Shown piece after piece: positions 10,219-21,146 of a DNA stretch of 64,000 bases (its first letter is position 1; every line of letters starts with the position of its first letter). This DNA is from Diplonema japonicum (lineage: Eukaryota > Protista > Euglenozoa: Diplonemea), in contig OZ025700.1 of the NCBI GenBank assembly GCA_964019335.1, positions 248,001 through 312,000 of the forward strand, given 5' to 3'. The notes below the pieces were generated by a model, which was not told the DNA's origin, ran no database searches, and saw only the letters and a program-made list of their open reading frames with translations. The translations under genes and the position numbers were made by a program.

Positions 10219-12017
10219 CCCATAAAGGACCGGAGCTGAATATTCAGCTAAATTTTTTTTTTTTAATTCTGCTAAGGCATTTTAGTGCTCTGCATGCCCA
10301 CTCTTTAAAGAGGGGCCTAATTGCGCGACTTTTTTTACTTACTTACTGAACGCTATATCGGCCGTAAATTTTTGCATCCAAACTGCAAGGGGAGAAAAAA
10401 AAATAGTGGCACAGACATTGTTTCTTTTACACCCCATAAGGAGTAGTGCCGAAAGTACTTCTGAAGAAGGGTCAGTGTCACCGGATGGGGATATCCCGGA
10501 TATGGAATGGGATGACAAAATCGAGAAGGTGAGGAGGAAAATATTTCGCAAGGTGTTAGGTCCAAGTGTACCAGTAGTGGGTCTCAATGGGCTGGAGGTT
10601 TTTCCTTTGTTTTTGATAGGGCGGCCCTCCAGCAGGGGGTTTGTCCTGTACTTTGAGTTGTTTTTCACTCCTGCGGCTCTAAAAGGCTATCGTGGGGTGG
10701 GCAGCAAGCCATTCGAGTGGTATAGAGGCCTTCGGATACTTACAGGGCTCATAATCAAGACAGATATCAAGGTCTACTGGGCACAGGATGAACTCACAGA
10801 TACCCCATATTCACAATATTTCAGAACGGCAATGGAAAGAAACAGGCTCCTAAAAATAATGCGCTAAATGCGGTTTGGGTTGCCCCCTGGTGGAGGAGAA
10901 GGAGACAGAATGGCTAACGGGCGCAATCTTATAAATCTTGTGGTTCCTTCTTGGTCATCCCTGTATGTACCCAAGCGAAACCTTGCTGTGGATGAACCAT
11001 CATACGCTGTAGAAGCCGTGTCGGGTTCATTGTTTATGAGCCGAAGAAGAGGAAGCGTTATGGGTTCAAAATGCAAATCAGACACCGGTTACACTCTAAA
11101 CATGATTGTTTGTACCGGCACGGGCACCCGGGGGAAAGGCAGAGCTGCTCACCGAATATCAGCACCAGAATTACTGGATTGTCTTTGACAACTGCTTTCG
11201 CTTGTTCCATTGTTGATACGGATTTACAATGCGGATTTCCGCTGCATGGGGACCATCAGAAAAACCCGGAAATTGCTCCCAGAATACCCATTCAGTGTCA
11301 GCAAGTGTGTGGCAAAGAAATCTTGTCAAACAACATCATCGCAAAAGGGTGGCACCCACATCAAGTGTTCCCCGCCGGAGCCTAAGATACCTACCCCTCA
11401 GGGTGCACCTTCACGTGCCAAGGGTGCACCTTCACGTACCAAGGGTGCACCTTTAATGTGTCCTGAAAAGATGCAAAAGGCACGGAATTGCACTGTGTGC
11501 AACAAATTAGAGAAAAAAGCACCCAGGCCATGTTCTCGTGCAGAGATTGCAACGTAGCAATGTGCCCTGTGCCCTGTTTCGAATTTTTTCACATTAACGA
11601 CACCTTAAAAAACCACCTGAAACCCTCTTGAAAACCACTTGAAAATAGAAATACGTTTAAATTGGACAAGTCGCATATCTGCGGCACCTCGGACCTTGTG
11701 TTCAAAGAACGGCCATAAGTGGTGAAAAAAAAATAACCAGCCCACCCTGCACGCTGAATAAGCGCTGCTTGCCGAAACCATGGAACCTCTAGATAGCATG
11801 TGCCCTTTGCAAGAGTTGTTTCTCTCAAATGCTGCTCTACCACCAAAGTTTGGGCGCGTCTGGGGCTGAAATGCAGGCCGCTTCGCGCTCCAGAAATGGG
11901 GTAGTGAAAATAATATAGGTACACACCCTCTAACTCCACCCTCGCCATTTTATTTTGGTATTTGAACGAAAAGTTCAAAATCGACTTTTTAGACGAAAAA
12001 TAGCGGTCCTTTATGGG
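10219..12017 (+). mobile_element. Degenerate piggyBac-family transposon (1.8 kb) with intact ends
   Basis: TTAA at 10215-18 and 12018-21; perfect 14-bp TIR CCCATAAAGGACCG / CGGTCCTTTATGGG. Broken DDE_Tnp_1_7-like ORFs at 10406-11557 (YW...TPYSQYFRTAMERNR; YVPKRNLAVDE; SDTGYTLNMIVCTG; MGTIRKTRK; C-terminal CxxC). Confidence 0.93.
11401..11452 (+). repeat. 21-bp tandem repeat (about 2.5 copies) inside the piggyBac relic
   Basis: gggtgcaccttcacgtRccaa repeated. Confidence 0.8.
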
Positions 12018-12284
12018 TTAATTTCTTTTTTTCTCTGATCGGTTTCTTGAAGTAGTCCCCCCCCCCCTCTCCACCCTTTCTTTTCAATATTTACACCTCT
12101 CATCTCGATTAGGGGATTGATTTGGTAGAGTTTTTTTTTTTTTTTTTCCCCTTTACAAAAAAAAAAAAAAAAAAAAAAAAAAACACTGTTGTTCCAAGTG
12201 TTTTAAAAAAAAAAAAATCAAAGAAGAAAACGTAGTCTAACCTGCAAAGGTGTCTACAATTTTTTTTTTTTTTTAAACCTTCTT

Positions 12285-15200
12285 TTACTCTGTCTTTTCC
12301 GACGAGGTATCCCTACTACTCGCAGATTCCTGAACAATGCCAGGCGGCAGCGAAGGAGTATTGGAAGCCACTAACAATGGCGGCGTCGCAGCGGCTGCTG
12401 CAGCTGAAAGAGGTGTGGCGGTCCTCGATTTACCATCTACCTTGCAAAAGGTTCTGACGAGAGATAACATTTCACGCGTTTGGACACCGCACTCGGGAAG
12501 CCCTTCTGTACGGCTGAGAATTTTGTCTGCCCGTTCAAGAAGCTGCTGGTCGGACGTACCAGAATTCCCCCTGGACCGAACGGCAGCCTCAAGCTTGGTA
12601 ATTTTGTCGATCATCTCCTCAACAGGTTCCACGGCATCATGAGCACGAAGAATCAACGCACGCCCGATGGGAATAAAACCCGGGTCCTTTTCATTTAACA
12701 TATCTAAAACATATTTTTCTTGCCCGGTTAAAGTGTCGATGTCCTTCTCAGATATAAAATGAAGGAATAAAAGGTAGGTCCACATATTATGCTCGTTCTT
12801 GTAGTGGTGTTCAAAACCGCCTTGTGTACCCGCTTCGCGATCAAAAACGGATCTCTCCATCCCACATATGAAACATTTCGACTGTTGGTCGTCGTCGATA
12901 AATTCACGTCGTTCACGAAGTTCTGCGAAGGTGTCGATAATGATGCCGAAGACGATGTTGAGGAAGAGAATGATGAGCACGAGGAAGTACAGAACGTCGA
13001 AGAGAATTCGTTCGCTGACGCGTTCGTCCGACCAGTTCGGTCTTTGTAAAATATCGCCCATCCCGCCGCCTTGTCGCAAACCGTACGTCATCAGCAACAC
13101 CCAGCATCGGAACAAACTGTCGCAGTTGAAACCCACCCCGAAATCACCCTCTTCATCGAAGTAATTTGAAAACCTGAAAAATGCCCACATCGCAAATAAA
13201 TTCACGAACACCAACATCAACCCGAACGTCAACAACAGCGAGTTCCCGTTTGTCGTCACCGCCAATATCACATTCATCAATTTCGGTGAGAACCCGATAA
13301 CTTGCAAAGGCTGAATACAATAGTACATAGGGCTGACGTAGTAGCCGAGAAATGAGCATATTAAATATACCCCGCGTTGCCAAAACGGCCAGTAACATAG
13401 AACCATTTGGACTGTTTGTAAGAATACCCAAACCGGTGACAGGTTGTTTTTCCCGTACGAGTCGCGGTTCACTGGGTGGACAGAGAGGTTCGCTTTCGAT
13501 TCGCGCATGGCATCGTCTTCTTGCTGCTGCTCCCATTCCCTCCATTTGAAGTCGAGGTAGATCCTGGTGGGGCCCATCCCGAAATGTATCATTTGCAGAC
13601 ATTGCAGAACAATTATACCCCGCCCCATTGCGTCCAATGCTGTTTCTTCATCGCCGGTCTCGATGTTCGCAACGGTATCGTCGTTGTAGTAGTACACAGT
13701 GGTGTGGAGGTATATGTTGATGGTGAAGGATAGGAACAAGGAGATCCATTCAAGCGGTACAGAGAACTTGTGGATGAGGGCCAGCCCGCGTGTGTTTCGC
13801 ATGTCTTCGTAGTAGTCGATTTCATGGATTAGGCCGATGCACTTGTCGAAGAAGTCTGCGACACGGACGCCGTCTCCGGACTCTCTTTGGACCGAGTTTT
13901 TCACATCGTTCTTTGACCTTTCTGGGAGGTTGAGCTTTGACTTCATTAATACCCTGAAGTATACCCTTTCCACCTCGTCGCCTCTTGCTATTTCAATCGT
14001 GGCCACCGTTTGGTTGAAATACTGGTAGCACCTGTTTTCGTCACGGCGTAAAACATGCTTGATGGACTTCCCGTCCTTGTCGTGCCATGTCACTGTTTCC
14101 TTGTTGCTTAGCTCCGCTTCGCGGAGTACCTGTGCGTCAAGCATTACCTTGAAAAAGATAAAGGTGTTGCAACCGAGGTTTAGACGGTCTTCTAGTTCAT
14201 TTCCGGTTCCCTCGGGTTTGAGGAGATCTTGCATGAGGTTCATGCCGGCTCCCATTGCGGAGCTGAACAATGATTCTGATTTCCCCAAGCCTGCTGTGTT
14301 GAATGAAAGAACCATGTTTGCAGCTAAAACCTCCAGCCTCACCGTGGACAGCAGTAGTTGCGCTGTTGCGTGCGGGACGCAGCCTTCCATGCACGACACG
14401 AGGAGTTGAACGGCAGCGCATCGAATGGACCATAGATCCTCGTACGCTTGTTCATCCTTGCAAGCTGTCATGTCAGCTTTGTACACCTGCGGTCCTTTGG
14501 AATCGTTCAAAATCTTGCAGATTTGCTCACCGATGTCGTGGGACACCATCTGGTTCTGGTTTTCATGGCACGGACCTTGGACAAGCTCGACAAGGCAGTC
14601 CAGCGTGCTGAGCAATATCGACGACGTGATGCGGTTCAAGTATTTGATCTGCTGCAGGAAGGTCACCACCGCTTCGATAAGATCGATCGAAGTGTGGTTG
14701 TCCGGCTGCTCCCTCAGATAGTTCTGAAGCAGCAAATTGTGCCCCTCCGTCAACAGCTGCAAAAACTTCATCACAATGTCCATTTGATCAATGCAGTACC
14801 GATCACGCATTGTAACAATGATATCGGACGGGATAGCTTCGTTTTTAAGATCAATAGGAACATCGCCATCTGGATCATCGATTGGATTGTCGGGAGCGGA
14901 TTCTTTCGAACGGGCTGTGACCTCTTTTTTGAGGGTTCTCGTTAGATCTTTCAGAGAATCGGAGAACTTCCGCAGCTGGCCCCTGATGTGGATGAAGAAG
15001 GTTTCGTCATTTTGCTTGATGAAGTATTTGAAGATTGAATCTTGCACTTCGAAGTTCCCGCCGGCCAACAAAGCGCTTCCTGTCGTCAACGCGGTCATGG
15101 TGGTTTTGCTGATCCCGATAGACGACGATGACGGTGCATCAACTAGTGAAACAAGTTTTTCGCTCATTCCGAAGCTGTTCAATGTGTTCTGCTTGTCGAT

Positions 15201-18200
15201 GACGCCCATGGAGTCCGATAAAGCGTATCTTTCGTCATCATCGTGCATACGCTCTTCCTCTTTGAGCTTCTTGACGTAAAACCTTTTCGTCGGGAGCACA
15301 ATGTTCGCATCGTCGCCGCCTTTTCCCTCGATCAACGACGACGGTTCATAGTTGTCGCAAAGCCTCGCCAACACACGCAACCCGTCCAACTGCAACACCG
15401 GATCGTCTTTTTCAAAGATAACTCCTTCTGCTTCGCTTCCGATTAGGGTTTTTCTGATGAAGTCCTTTCCAAGGCTGCCTTTTCTGAGAAGGATCAATCC
15501 GAGGGTTTTGAACTGGTGTTCTGTGTTCAAACAGGGTTGTTGGTGGAACTTCGCGATGCACTGCCTCCACTGAACGAACAGCTCCTCTTCAGAGGTCACC
15601 ACGCGGGGGACGATTTTCTGTTTTTGATACGACGAGATCCCTTCGGAGCTACCCGGCGGGATTTTAAACGACAGTCTGTCTTGGTACTGGTTCATAACCT
15701 GCAAGAACTCTGCGATTTTGGTTCGGACGTAGGCGGGCAGGAGTTTTGTACGACGTGATGACGCTGCAGGGTGGAGTTTTGTTTCTGATTGCTGCGCGTG
15801 TTCGACAAGAGCTACATAAGAGACCGACTGAGAAGCTTCATCTTCACCGGGCACGGCACCGGGTGGCGCGACGTTTTGAATTTCGTTTTTCTGTGCGATG
15901 GCTATGTTGTAGAAACCATGTGTGATATCCGAGAGAAGCTGCGCGATGCTGTCCTGTACCTCCCCTTCAATTTGTATCGTTGTTCGGCTCTTGAAGTACA
16001 AGTCTGTAAAGTGCTTCACAAACGGCAGCGCCGCAAAGAACAGATAATCGTTGAAAACCTGCGGCCCGTTCAACTGAACCCCACTGATGACATCTGGAAC
16101 TGCGTCTGCCTCGAACTTTACCCCAGCAGCCTTCGGGGACAGTGTTGGGGACTGCTTGCTTTCGGTTGCCTTTGGAGGCGTCACCTCCAAAGGCCATTTT
16201 GCAATCTCGTTGTTCAAAAGTGTCAGAACCTTGACTATCCCATACTTCCCGTCATACATTTTCTGCCCCACGATCGCCAGCAAGCTTTCCCTGTCATCCA
16301 CGACGACCTCTGTAAAGAAACGCATGTAAGCTGCCCTGTACCAAAACGGGAGATCGTGTTTCGACACCATGTTCATGATGTGCTCTGTGGGATCCGCGTA
16401 CTTTTCAGTCCAGATATCTGACTTGATCTCCCTCTTGAGCGACACCTCTTTACCCTTTGCGATCGCTCGGAGCAGCTGCAGGACGAGAAAGTGCGACGCG
16501 ATCTTCCCGTGGACGTTGAGGTACTCCTGCTGCCGGATCTTCTCATCGACAGAACGGAGTTTCTTCCGCCCCGTCCAGGCTTGCATTTCGCTGGAACCGA
16601 CGAAATTGCACTCGTGTCCCCATAGATCCGTCACGTGTGAGTACACAGTTTGTTGTTTTCTGAACAAGTTCCGACGCTCCGGTCTCATAAGGTCCATTAA
16701 GAACGCGACGTACGAGGCCTTGATGGGTGTGGTTAGCAACGCCCTCGTCAAAAAATCCGGGGCCAAGATACACCGTTTTGTACAGCCCTTGTACAGAAGC
16801 TGGAGGAGCTCGAGCGAGCCGGCGTCGAAAACGAGTATCTTCGTGAACGCCTCGATGTACTGGTCCAATGCGTCTTGGTTTTCGGTGTTTTCAAGAATGA
16901 GAGCGTAAAGGAACGAACAAATTGACCCCATGGCCTCGATGACCACTGAGTCTGAGTGGGTTACAGTGTCTGGGCAGGCCATCCATGGGGTCGACATCAA
17001 CATGTGATGGAAGCCCAGCTGCACGAGGATCCACTGTTGTTCCACTGAGATTTTGTCGTTGAAATAACACATTTGCTTCAGCTCGTCGGCGCACTGTTTC
17101 AACATGTTGACGTGTTCCTCCACATCTAGAGAGTCGTCCAACAGCTCTTGCACCCTCTCGACCATCGCGCTTGCACTCTCGTAGAATTTTATGGATCTGT
17201 CGGATGACAGGAGCTGTGTTCCTTTCAAGACCGCCGCCATGTGGGGGCCTCTGTTCGTCAGTCTGAATAACAGTTTGGTAGCGGATACCTGCAGCGGGTG
17301 GTAGTCGTACTGCGCGCAGTCAAGCAACACTTCGATTAAACTGTTGAACTCAGGATACCGTATGTTGTCATCTTCGCCGATTCCGACAAGATTCCCCACC
17401 TTGGACAGCGCACCCAAACCTCCCGTCACACCGCCCTTGATGAGGTCGAACCCTTTGAACAACACATTTTCGTTCAACGCGACGAAATTCGCTTGGCTTT
17501 GCTCATCGATGTCCTCGGCCGGGTTGAACGTTTGCAGCTGCGACATGTGCGGGAGCTCCAAGGCGTCGATGGGGGCGCTCTTGTCAATGTGCTTTTTCAC
17601 TGCTGAGAGAATTTTCGAGATGTCAAACGAACTCTTATAGTCCAACAGCATCCCAAGGCACTCTATTATCTTCTCCCGCAACACCAACAAGATCTTCGAA
17701 TGTTCAGTGTATGCCCCGCGCAACAAACAACCGTCTTCTTTTTCCTCGGCGGAGAGGTACGTGTCTGTAGTGCCGTCGAGCATTTCGGTGAGGTAAACCG
17801 ACAACGGGAATATCTCCGACTGCACGATGAAGCCGGACCGGAGGAACAAAAACAGAATTTGTATGAACCCGGAAGACTTCTCGATCTTCGTCGGGTATTT
17901 GCAGCTGTGCTTCCACTCTGTCTTCAGATACTCCATAGTTTTATCCTTCAAAGGGAGAATTGTGTTAGGACATGTAAGGTCGATTGGCCGTTCGTCGAAC
18001 CGATCCCACACCCGAACTACATGCAAGGTTAGGTAGTGTTTGTTCGGGTGGTCGTCGAGAAGTACAGTACAGGCGAGCTTCATGAAAGCACACTGCATGC
18101 CGTCGGGGACCACCTTGGTGAGGTCTGGGTGGCAGAGAACCTTCGTGATGACCTCTTGCGGGACGTAGTTGTTGATGGTTTCCGCGCGTTGTTTTGCACC

Positions 18201-20627
18201 GCTGCCCTTTCCCAAGCACAGGCGGGAGAAGAGGATCAACTGAAACCGGAAATATTCGTAAATATCGTCCAACCTCAACGCGATAGACGACATCGACGGT
18301 GCTGAATGAACAGGCATATCATTAATAACACGGTTCTTGATCTCGTCGGAAACATCGCAAAACTGTTGGATGGGGATCCACGATGGATTTTCGTTGTCCT
18401 CGTCGTCGATTCCCAACGCGAAGGGGATGCGGACCAATAGATCGTCCGACTGGATCTTCATCGAAAGCAACGGGGACTCGTCGCCGTTGAAAAGCCCTTC
18501 CGCCACCCTTTGCAGCAATCGCTCCACGATCTCCGTCCCTGTTGAGATCACATACGGCAAGAGTTTGATGTGTTCGCACCGCCACTTTTGAGATTTGATC
18601 TGCACGCAGATCGCGTCGACAAAACTGTTTGGCGTCACCATTTGCACCGCTCTGTTGTCTTCGTACAGATTGATCAAGCAAGGGATCGCCCCTACCAAGT
18701 CGTTTCTGTACGTTGCCTGCGATCTAATAAACTCTAATCCGTCTTCCCCAATGCTCCCTGCAACCCTTGCTGCGAGCTCTGTCGAACCTTTTACAGACGC
18801 CCCGATTAATTTGTAGCACAGCCTTGCGATCCTGAGCGACGATTTCGGGGGACTGAGTTCTTGCGGGGCGATGGAGACACGCTTTGCAAGGCCCCAGTTG
18901 GATTTGTTTGTCACGAAGGGGTTCAACAGTTCCTCGGGTGTGAATGGAAGCTGTTCTTGAGCTTGGAGAAGCCGAAGACACGACCTGGGCACGTCTTGAT
19001 CGACCAGCAGCAACTGTTGAACTTTATCCGGTGTTGAGTCGATGTCCAACACGTCAACACCGCTGTGATGCCCTGTTTCGAAGCAACGGGATATCATTTC
19101 TTCAAGGCTCGATAATAGCCTGTCTGCCTCGAGCGCTTTAGACGATTCGTCGTTAGCCATAAGGAGAAGCTCTTTCGTGTACTCGTTAATAGGCGGGATC
19201 TGCGAAAGCACGGAATTCAACGACAGAAACGCGTCTGGCGGAACCTTTTGCAGTTCGAACCCGTCCTTCTGAAGAGGACGGGATGAGCACCCCACGGAGA
19301 AACCCCCTCTTGCCGACCCGGTAGACCCGACGTGTACAAAAACCGATTCTTGTTGTTCTTGTTTCAACCCTGCTTGGTCCGCCCATATAATAACCCTTGA
19401 GGTGTCGCGGAGCTCCACTTCGGTGTTGTCGCCGGTTTGTAGAAATTGAAACAGCGTGCCTCTGTCGTTTTTCAGGTCGTCCAGTTTGCATAGTGTCGTC
19501 ACCCAGTTCAGCAGTCGTTCGCTTGACTGTTCCGCGCCGGGTTTTACAGCTTGCAAGCCTTTCAAGAAGGAGTTGTGCGCGTTCAATCCAAGTACGGTCG
19601 ATCCGTTAGACGATCGCCTGCGTTTCATTTCAAGCTGTTGTTGTTTGTCTTCCGACTGCCTGCGAAGCGTGAGGTAGTAGTTCGACGCGCCGTTCCCGAG
19701 AAGACGGAGGCGGAACCGTTGAGTCTGTCCGGACCTGCTGTCGTTCCATGATGCAGCTTGCATTGCACCGCCTTGTAGCGGGTCCTCCCATTCCACAATG
19801 AACATCCCGTTGGATAAGTAAGTTGCAGGGTCTTTGTCCTCGACGGCGGTTCGCAACGCGTCGGGTTGAAGAACGACTGATGTGTCGTTATCGTGAATAC
19901 TGCCAAGAAGGTACCCTCGCTTCTCCTTGTGGTAGAGCATGATGCAGTCACCTCCTCGGAGGGAGTCTCTGTCTAAATCTTCGGTGTCGTACGCTTTGAT
20001 GGTCAGTCCCAGCTCGCGTGGTACTGTGTCAATGTCTCGGGCGTCCTTTGGAACACAGTTGCTTTCTAAGAATGGAGAGCCTCTGATGTTGAGTTCGCCG
20101 ACTGATAGGAAGTGCGCGCCTTGCGAGATCATGGGTTGAAGGGTGATGTTGTCACCGTCGCACACTTTCTCGCCCTCTCCTCGGACTTGGTAACGCGGGG
20201 CAATACGCCATTTCGATGTCCAGTCCCGTCGTGAGTTCAGGTTGGACACTGGTTCGATGGTTAGTTTTTTGCTGTTTTTATCGGACATTCCGCTTTTTTT
20301 TTTGGAGCAGCACAGGGGTTTTCCTTGCGTTGCGTGGATTAGCCTGATGATCTGGCCGAATTTCACTTCCTCGTTTGATTTTTTAGCCATCGCTTGGCTG
20401 ACCTCGCCGTCGCCGCTCACGATTTGAAAAATGCAATCCTCGAAATTCGGCGGCGTTGCGTCACGGTGTTGCATAGCCACCATCCCCACCGGTGCGCTTG
20501 ACTGCGGTCCCGTCGACCATGTGGACTGCAAGTACCCCATTCTAGAATGTGACGCTCTTGCGTCAGATGAGGATTCATAGAACAATGCTATCTTGTAGCC
20601 ATACAGAAGTGGTTGCCTCCCTGCCAT
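12285..20627 (-). CDS. ITPR: Inositol 1,4,5-trisphosphate receptor (IP3R/RyR family Ca2+ release channel), 2780 aa, single exon
   Basis: MIR-type N-terminus, RIH-associated FLQLLTEGHNLLLQNYLREQ, six TM segments, pore GLRQGGGMGD, LNIVFGIIIDTFAELRE, CFICG...HYKNEHNMWTY zinc site. Confidence 0.97.
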   Translation of the reverse strand: MAGRQPLLYGYKIALFYESSSDARASHSRMGYLQSTWSTGPQSSAPVGMVAMQHRDATPPNFEDCIFQIVSGDGEVSQAMAKKSNEEVKFGQIIRLIHATQGKPLCCSKKKSGMSDKNSKKLTIEPVSNLNSRRDWTSKWRIAPRYQVRGEGEKVCDGDNITLQPMISQGAHFLSVGELNIRGSPFLESNCVPKDARDIDTVPRELGLTIKAYDTEDLDRDSLRGGDCIMLYHKEKRGYLLGSIHDNDTSVVLQPDALRTAVEDKDPATYLSNGMFIVEWEDPLQGGAMQAASWNDSRSGQTQRFRLRLLGNGASNYYLTLRRQSEDKQQQLEMKRRRSSNGSTVLGLNAHNSFLKGLQAVKPGAEQSSERLLNWVTTLCKLDDLKNDRGTLFQFLQTGDNTEVELRDTSRVIIWADQAGLKQEQQESVFVHVGSTGSARGGFSVGCSSRPLQKDGFELQKVPPDAFLSLNSVLSQIPPINEYTKELLLMANDESSKALEADRLLSSLEEMISRCFETGHHSGVDVLDIDSTPDKVQQLLLVDQDVPRSCLRLLQAQEQLPFTPEELLNPFVTNKSNWGLAKRVSIAPQELSPPKSSLRIARLCYKLIGASVKGSTELAARVAGSIGEDGLEFIRSQATYRNDLVGAIPCLINLYEDNRAVQMVTPNSFVDAICVQIKSQKWRCEHIKLLPYVISTGTEIVERLLQRVAEGLFNGDESPLLSMKIQSDDLLVRIPFALGIDDEDNENPSWIPIQQFCDVSDEIKNRVINDMPVHSAPSMSSIALRLDDIYEYFRFQLILFSRLCLGKGSGAKQRAETINNYVPQEVITKVLCHPDLTKVVPDGMQCAFMKLACTVLLDDHPNKHYLTLHVVRVWDRFDERPIDLTCPNTILPLKDKTMEYLKTEWKHSCKYPTKIEKSSGFIQILFLFLRSGFIVQSEIFPLSVYLTEMLDGTTDTYLSAEEKEDGCLLRGAYTEHSKILLVLREKIIECLGMLLDYKSSFDISKILSAVKKHIDKSAPIDALELPHMSQLQTFNPAEDIDEQSQANFVALNENVLFKGFDLIKGGVTGGLGALSKVGNLVGIGEDDNIRYPEFNSLIEVLLDCAQYDYHPLQVSATKLLFRLTNRGPHMAAVLKGTQLLSSDRSIKFYESASAMVERVQELLDDSLDVEEHVNMLKQCADELKQMCYFNDKISVEQQWILVQLGFHHMLMSTPWMACPDTVTHSDSVVIEAMGSICSFLYALILENTENQDALDQYIEAFTKILVFDAGSLELLQLLYKGCTKRCILAPDFLTRALLTTPIKASYVAFLMDLMRPERRNLFRKQQTVYSHVTDLWGHECNFVGSSEMQAWTGRKKLRSVDEKIRQQEYLNVHGKIASHFLVLQLLRAIAKGKEVSLKREIKSDIWTEKYADPTEHIMNMVSKHDLPFWYRAAYMRFFTEVVVDDRESLLAIVGQKMYDGKYGIVKVLTLLNNEIAKWPLEVTPPKATESKQSPTLSPKAAGVKFEADAVPDVISGVQLNGPQVFNDYLFFAALPFVKHFTDLYFKSRTTIQIEGEVQDSIAQLLSDITHGFYNIAIAQKNEIQNVAPPGAVPGEDEASQSVSYVALVEHAQQSETKLHPAASSRRTKLLPAYVRTKIAEFLQVMNQYQDRLSFKIPPGSSEGISSYQKQKIVPRVVTSEEELFVQWRQCIAKFHQQPCLNTEHQFKTLGLILLRKGSLGKDFIRKTLIGSEAEGVIFEKDDPVLQLDGLRVLARLCDNYEPSSLIEGKGGDDANIVLPTKRFYVKKLKEEERMHDDDERYALSDSMGVIDKQNTLNSFGMSEKLVSLVDAPSSSSIGISKTTMTALTTGSALLAGGNFEVQDSIFKYFIKQNDETFFIHIRGQLRKFSDSLKDLTRTLKKEVTARSKESAPDNPIDDPDGDVPIDLKNEAIPSDIIVTMRDRYCIDQMDIVMKFLQLLTEGHNLLLQNYLREQPDNHTSIDLIEAVVTFLQQIKYLNRITSSILLSTLDCLVELVQGPCHENQNQMVSHDIGEQICKILNDSKGPQVYKADMTACKDEQAYEDLWSIRCAAVQLLVSCMEGCVPHATAQLLLSTVRLEVLAANMVLSFNTAGLGKSESLFSSAMGAGMNLMQDLLKPEGTGNELEDRLNLGCNTFIFFKVMLDAQVLREAELSNKETVTWHDKDGKSIKHVLRRDENRCYQYFNQTVATIEIARGDEVERVYFRVLMKSKLNLPERSKNDVKNSVQRESGDGVRVADFFDKCIGLIHEIDYYEDMRNTRGLALIHKFSVPLEWISLFLSFTINIYLHTTVYYYNDDTVANIETGDEETALDAMGRGIIVLQCLQMIHFGMGPTRIYLDFKWREWEQQQEDDAMRESKANLSVHPVNRDSYGKNNLSPVWVFLQTVQMVLCYWPFWQRGVYLICSFLGYYVSPMYYCIQPLQVIGFSPKLMNVILAVTTNGNSLLLTFGLMLVFVNLFAMWAFFRFSNYFDEEGDFGVGFNCDSLFRCWVLLMTYGLRQGGGMGDILQRPNWSDERVSERILFDVLYFLVLIILFLNIVFGIIIDTFAELRERREFIDDDQQSKCFICGMERSVFDREAGTQGGFEHHYKNEHNMWTYLLFLHFISEKDIDTLTGQEKYVLDMLNEKDPGFIPIGRALILRAHDAVEPVEEMIDKITKLEAAVRSRGNSGTSDQQLLERADKILSRTEGLPECGVQTREMLSLVRTFCKVDGKSRTATPLSAAAAAATPPLLVASNTPSLPPGIVQESASSRDTSSEKTE

Positions 20628-21146
20628 TTTAAAGGAGGGGGGTTAAAAAAAACCCACTCCCCCTTCTTTTTTATCTCCCCTCTCCTCCTATAAGGAAGGG
20701 TAATGACTGTGTGTAAAAAAGAAAAAGAGAAGAAATAAAAAAGGACTCTATAGAGGGGGGTTTTCTTCTTTTTTTTCGTAAGGAAAAGTTTACCCCTTCG
20801 ATTTTTTTTTTTTTCTAATTTTTTGAAACCGATTTTTTTTTTTTTCTCTTTTCTTCCTCGTTGTCATAGGGAGACTTTTTTGGGAGAGAGAAAAAAAAAA
20901 AAAGAAGAAAATAGGTTGAGTTATTCTTTGTTTATGCGTAATGGTTACAAACTTTTTCCTATAGTTCCCTATTGTAACGCATAACGATGCCAAACATTTT
21001 TTTTTTTTTGATAACTACAATAACAAGTGTTTCTGTTAATCATACAAAAAGTCTCTAAAAGGCCCACTGAAGTAGGCCTTTCTCCTGGTTCCTACGAAAC
21101 AAAGGTGAGGCTTCACATTCAAAATCCGTAGCGTTAAAGAAAAAGG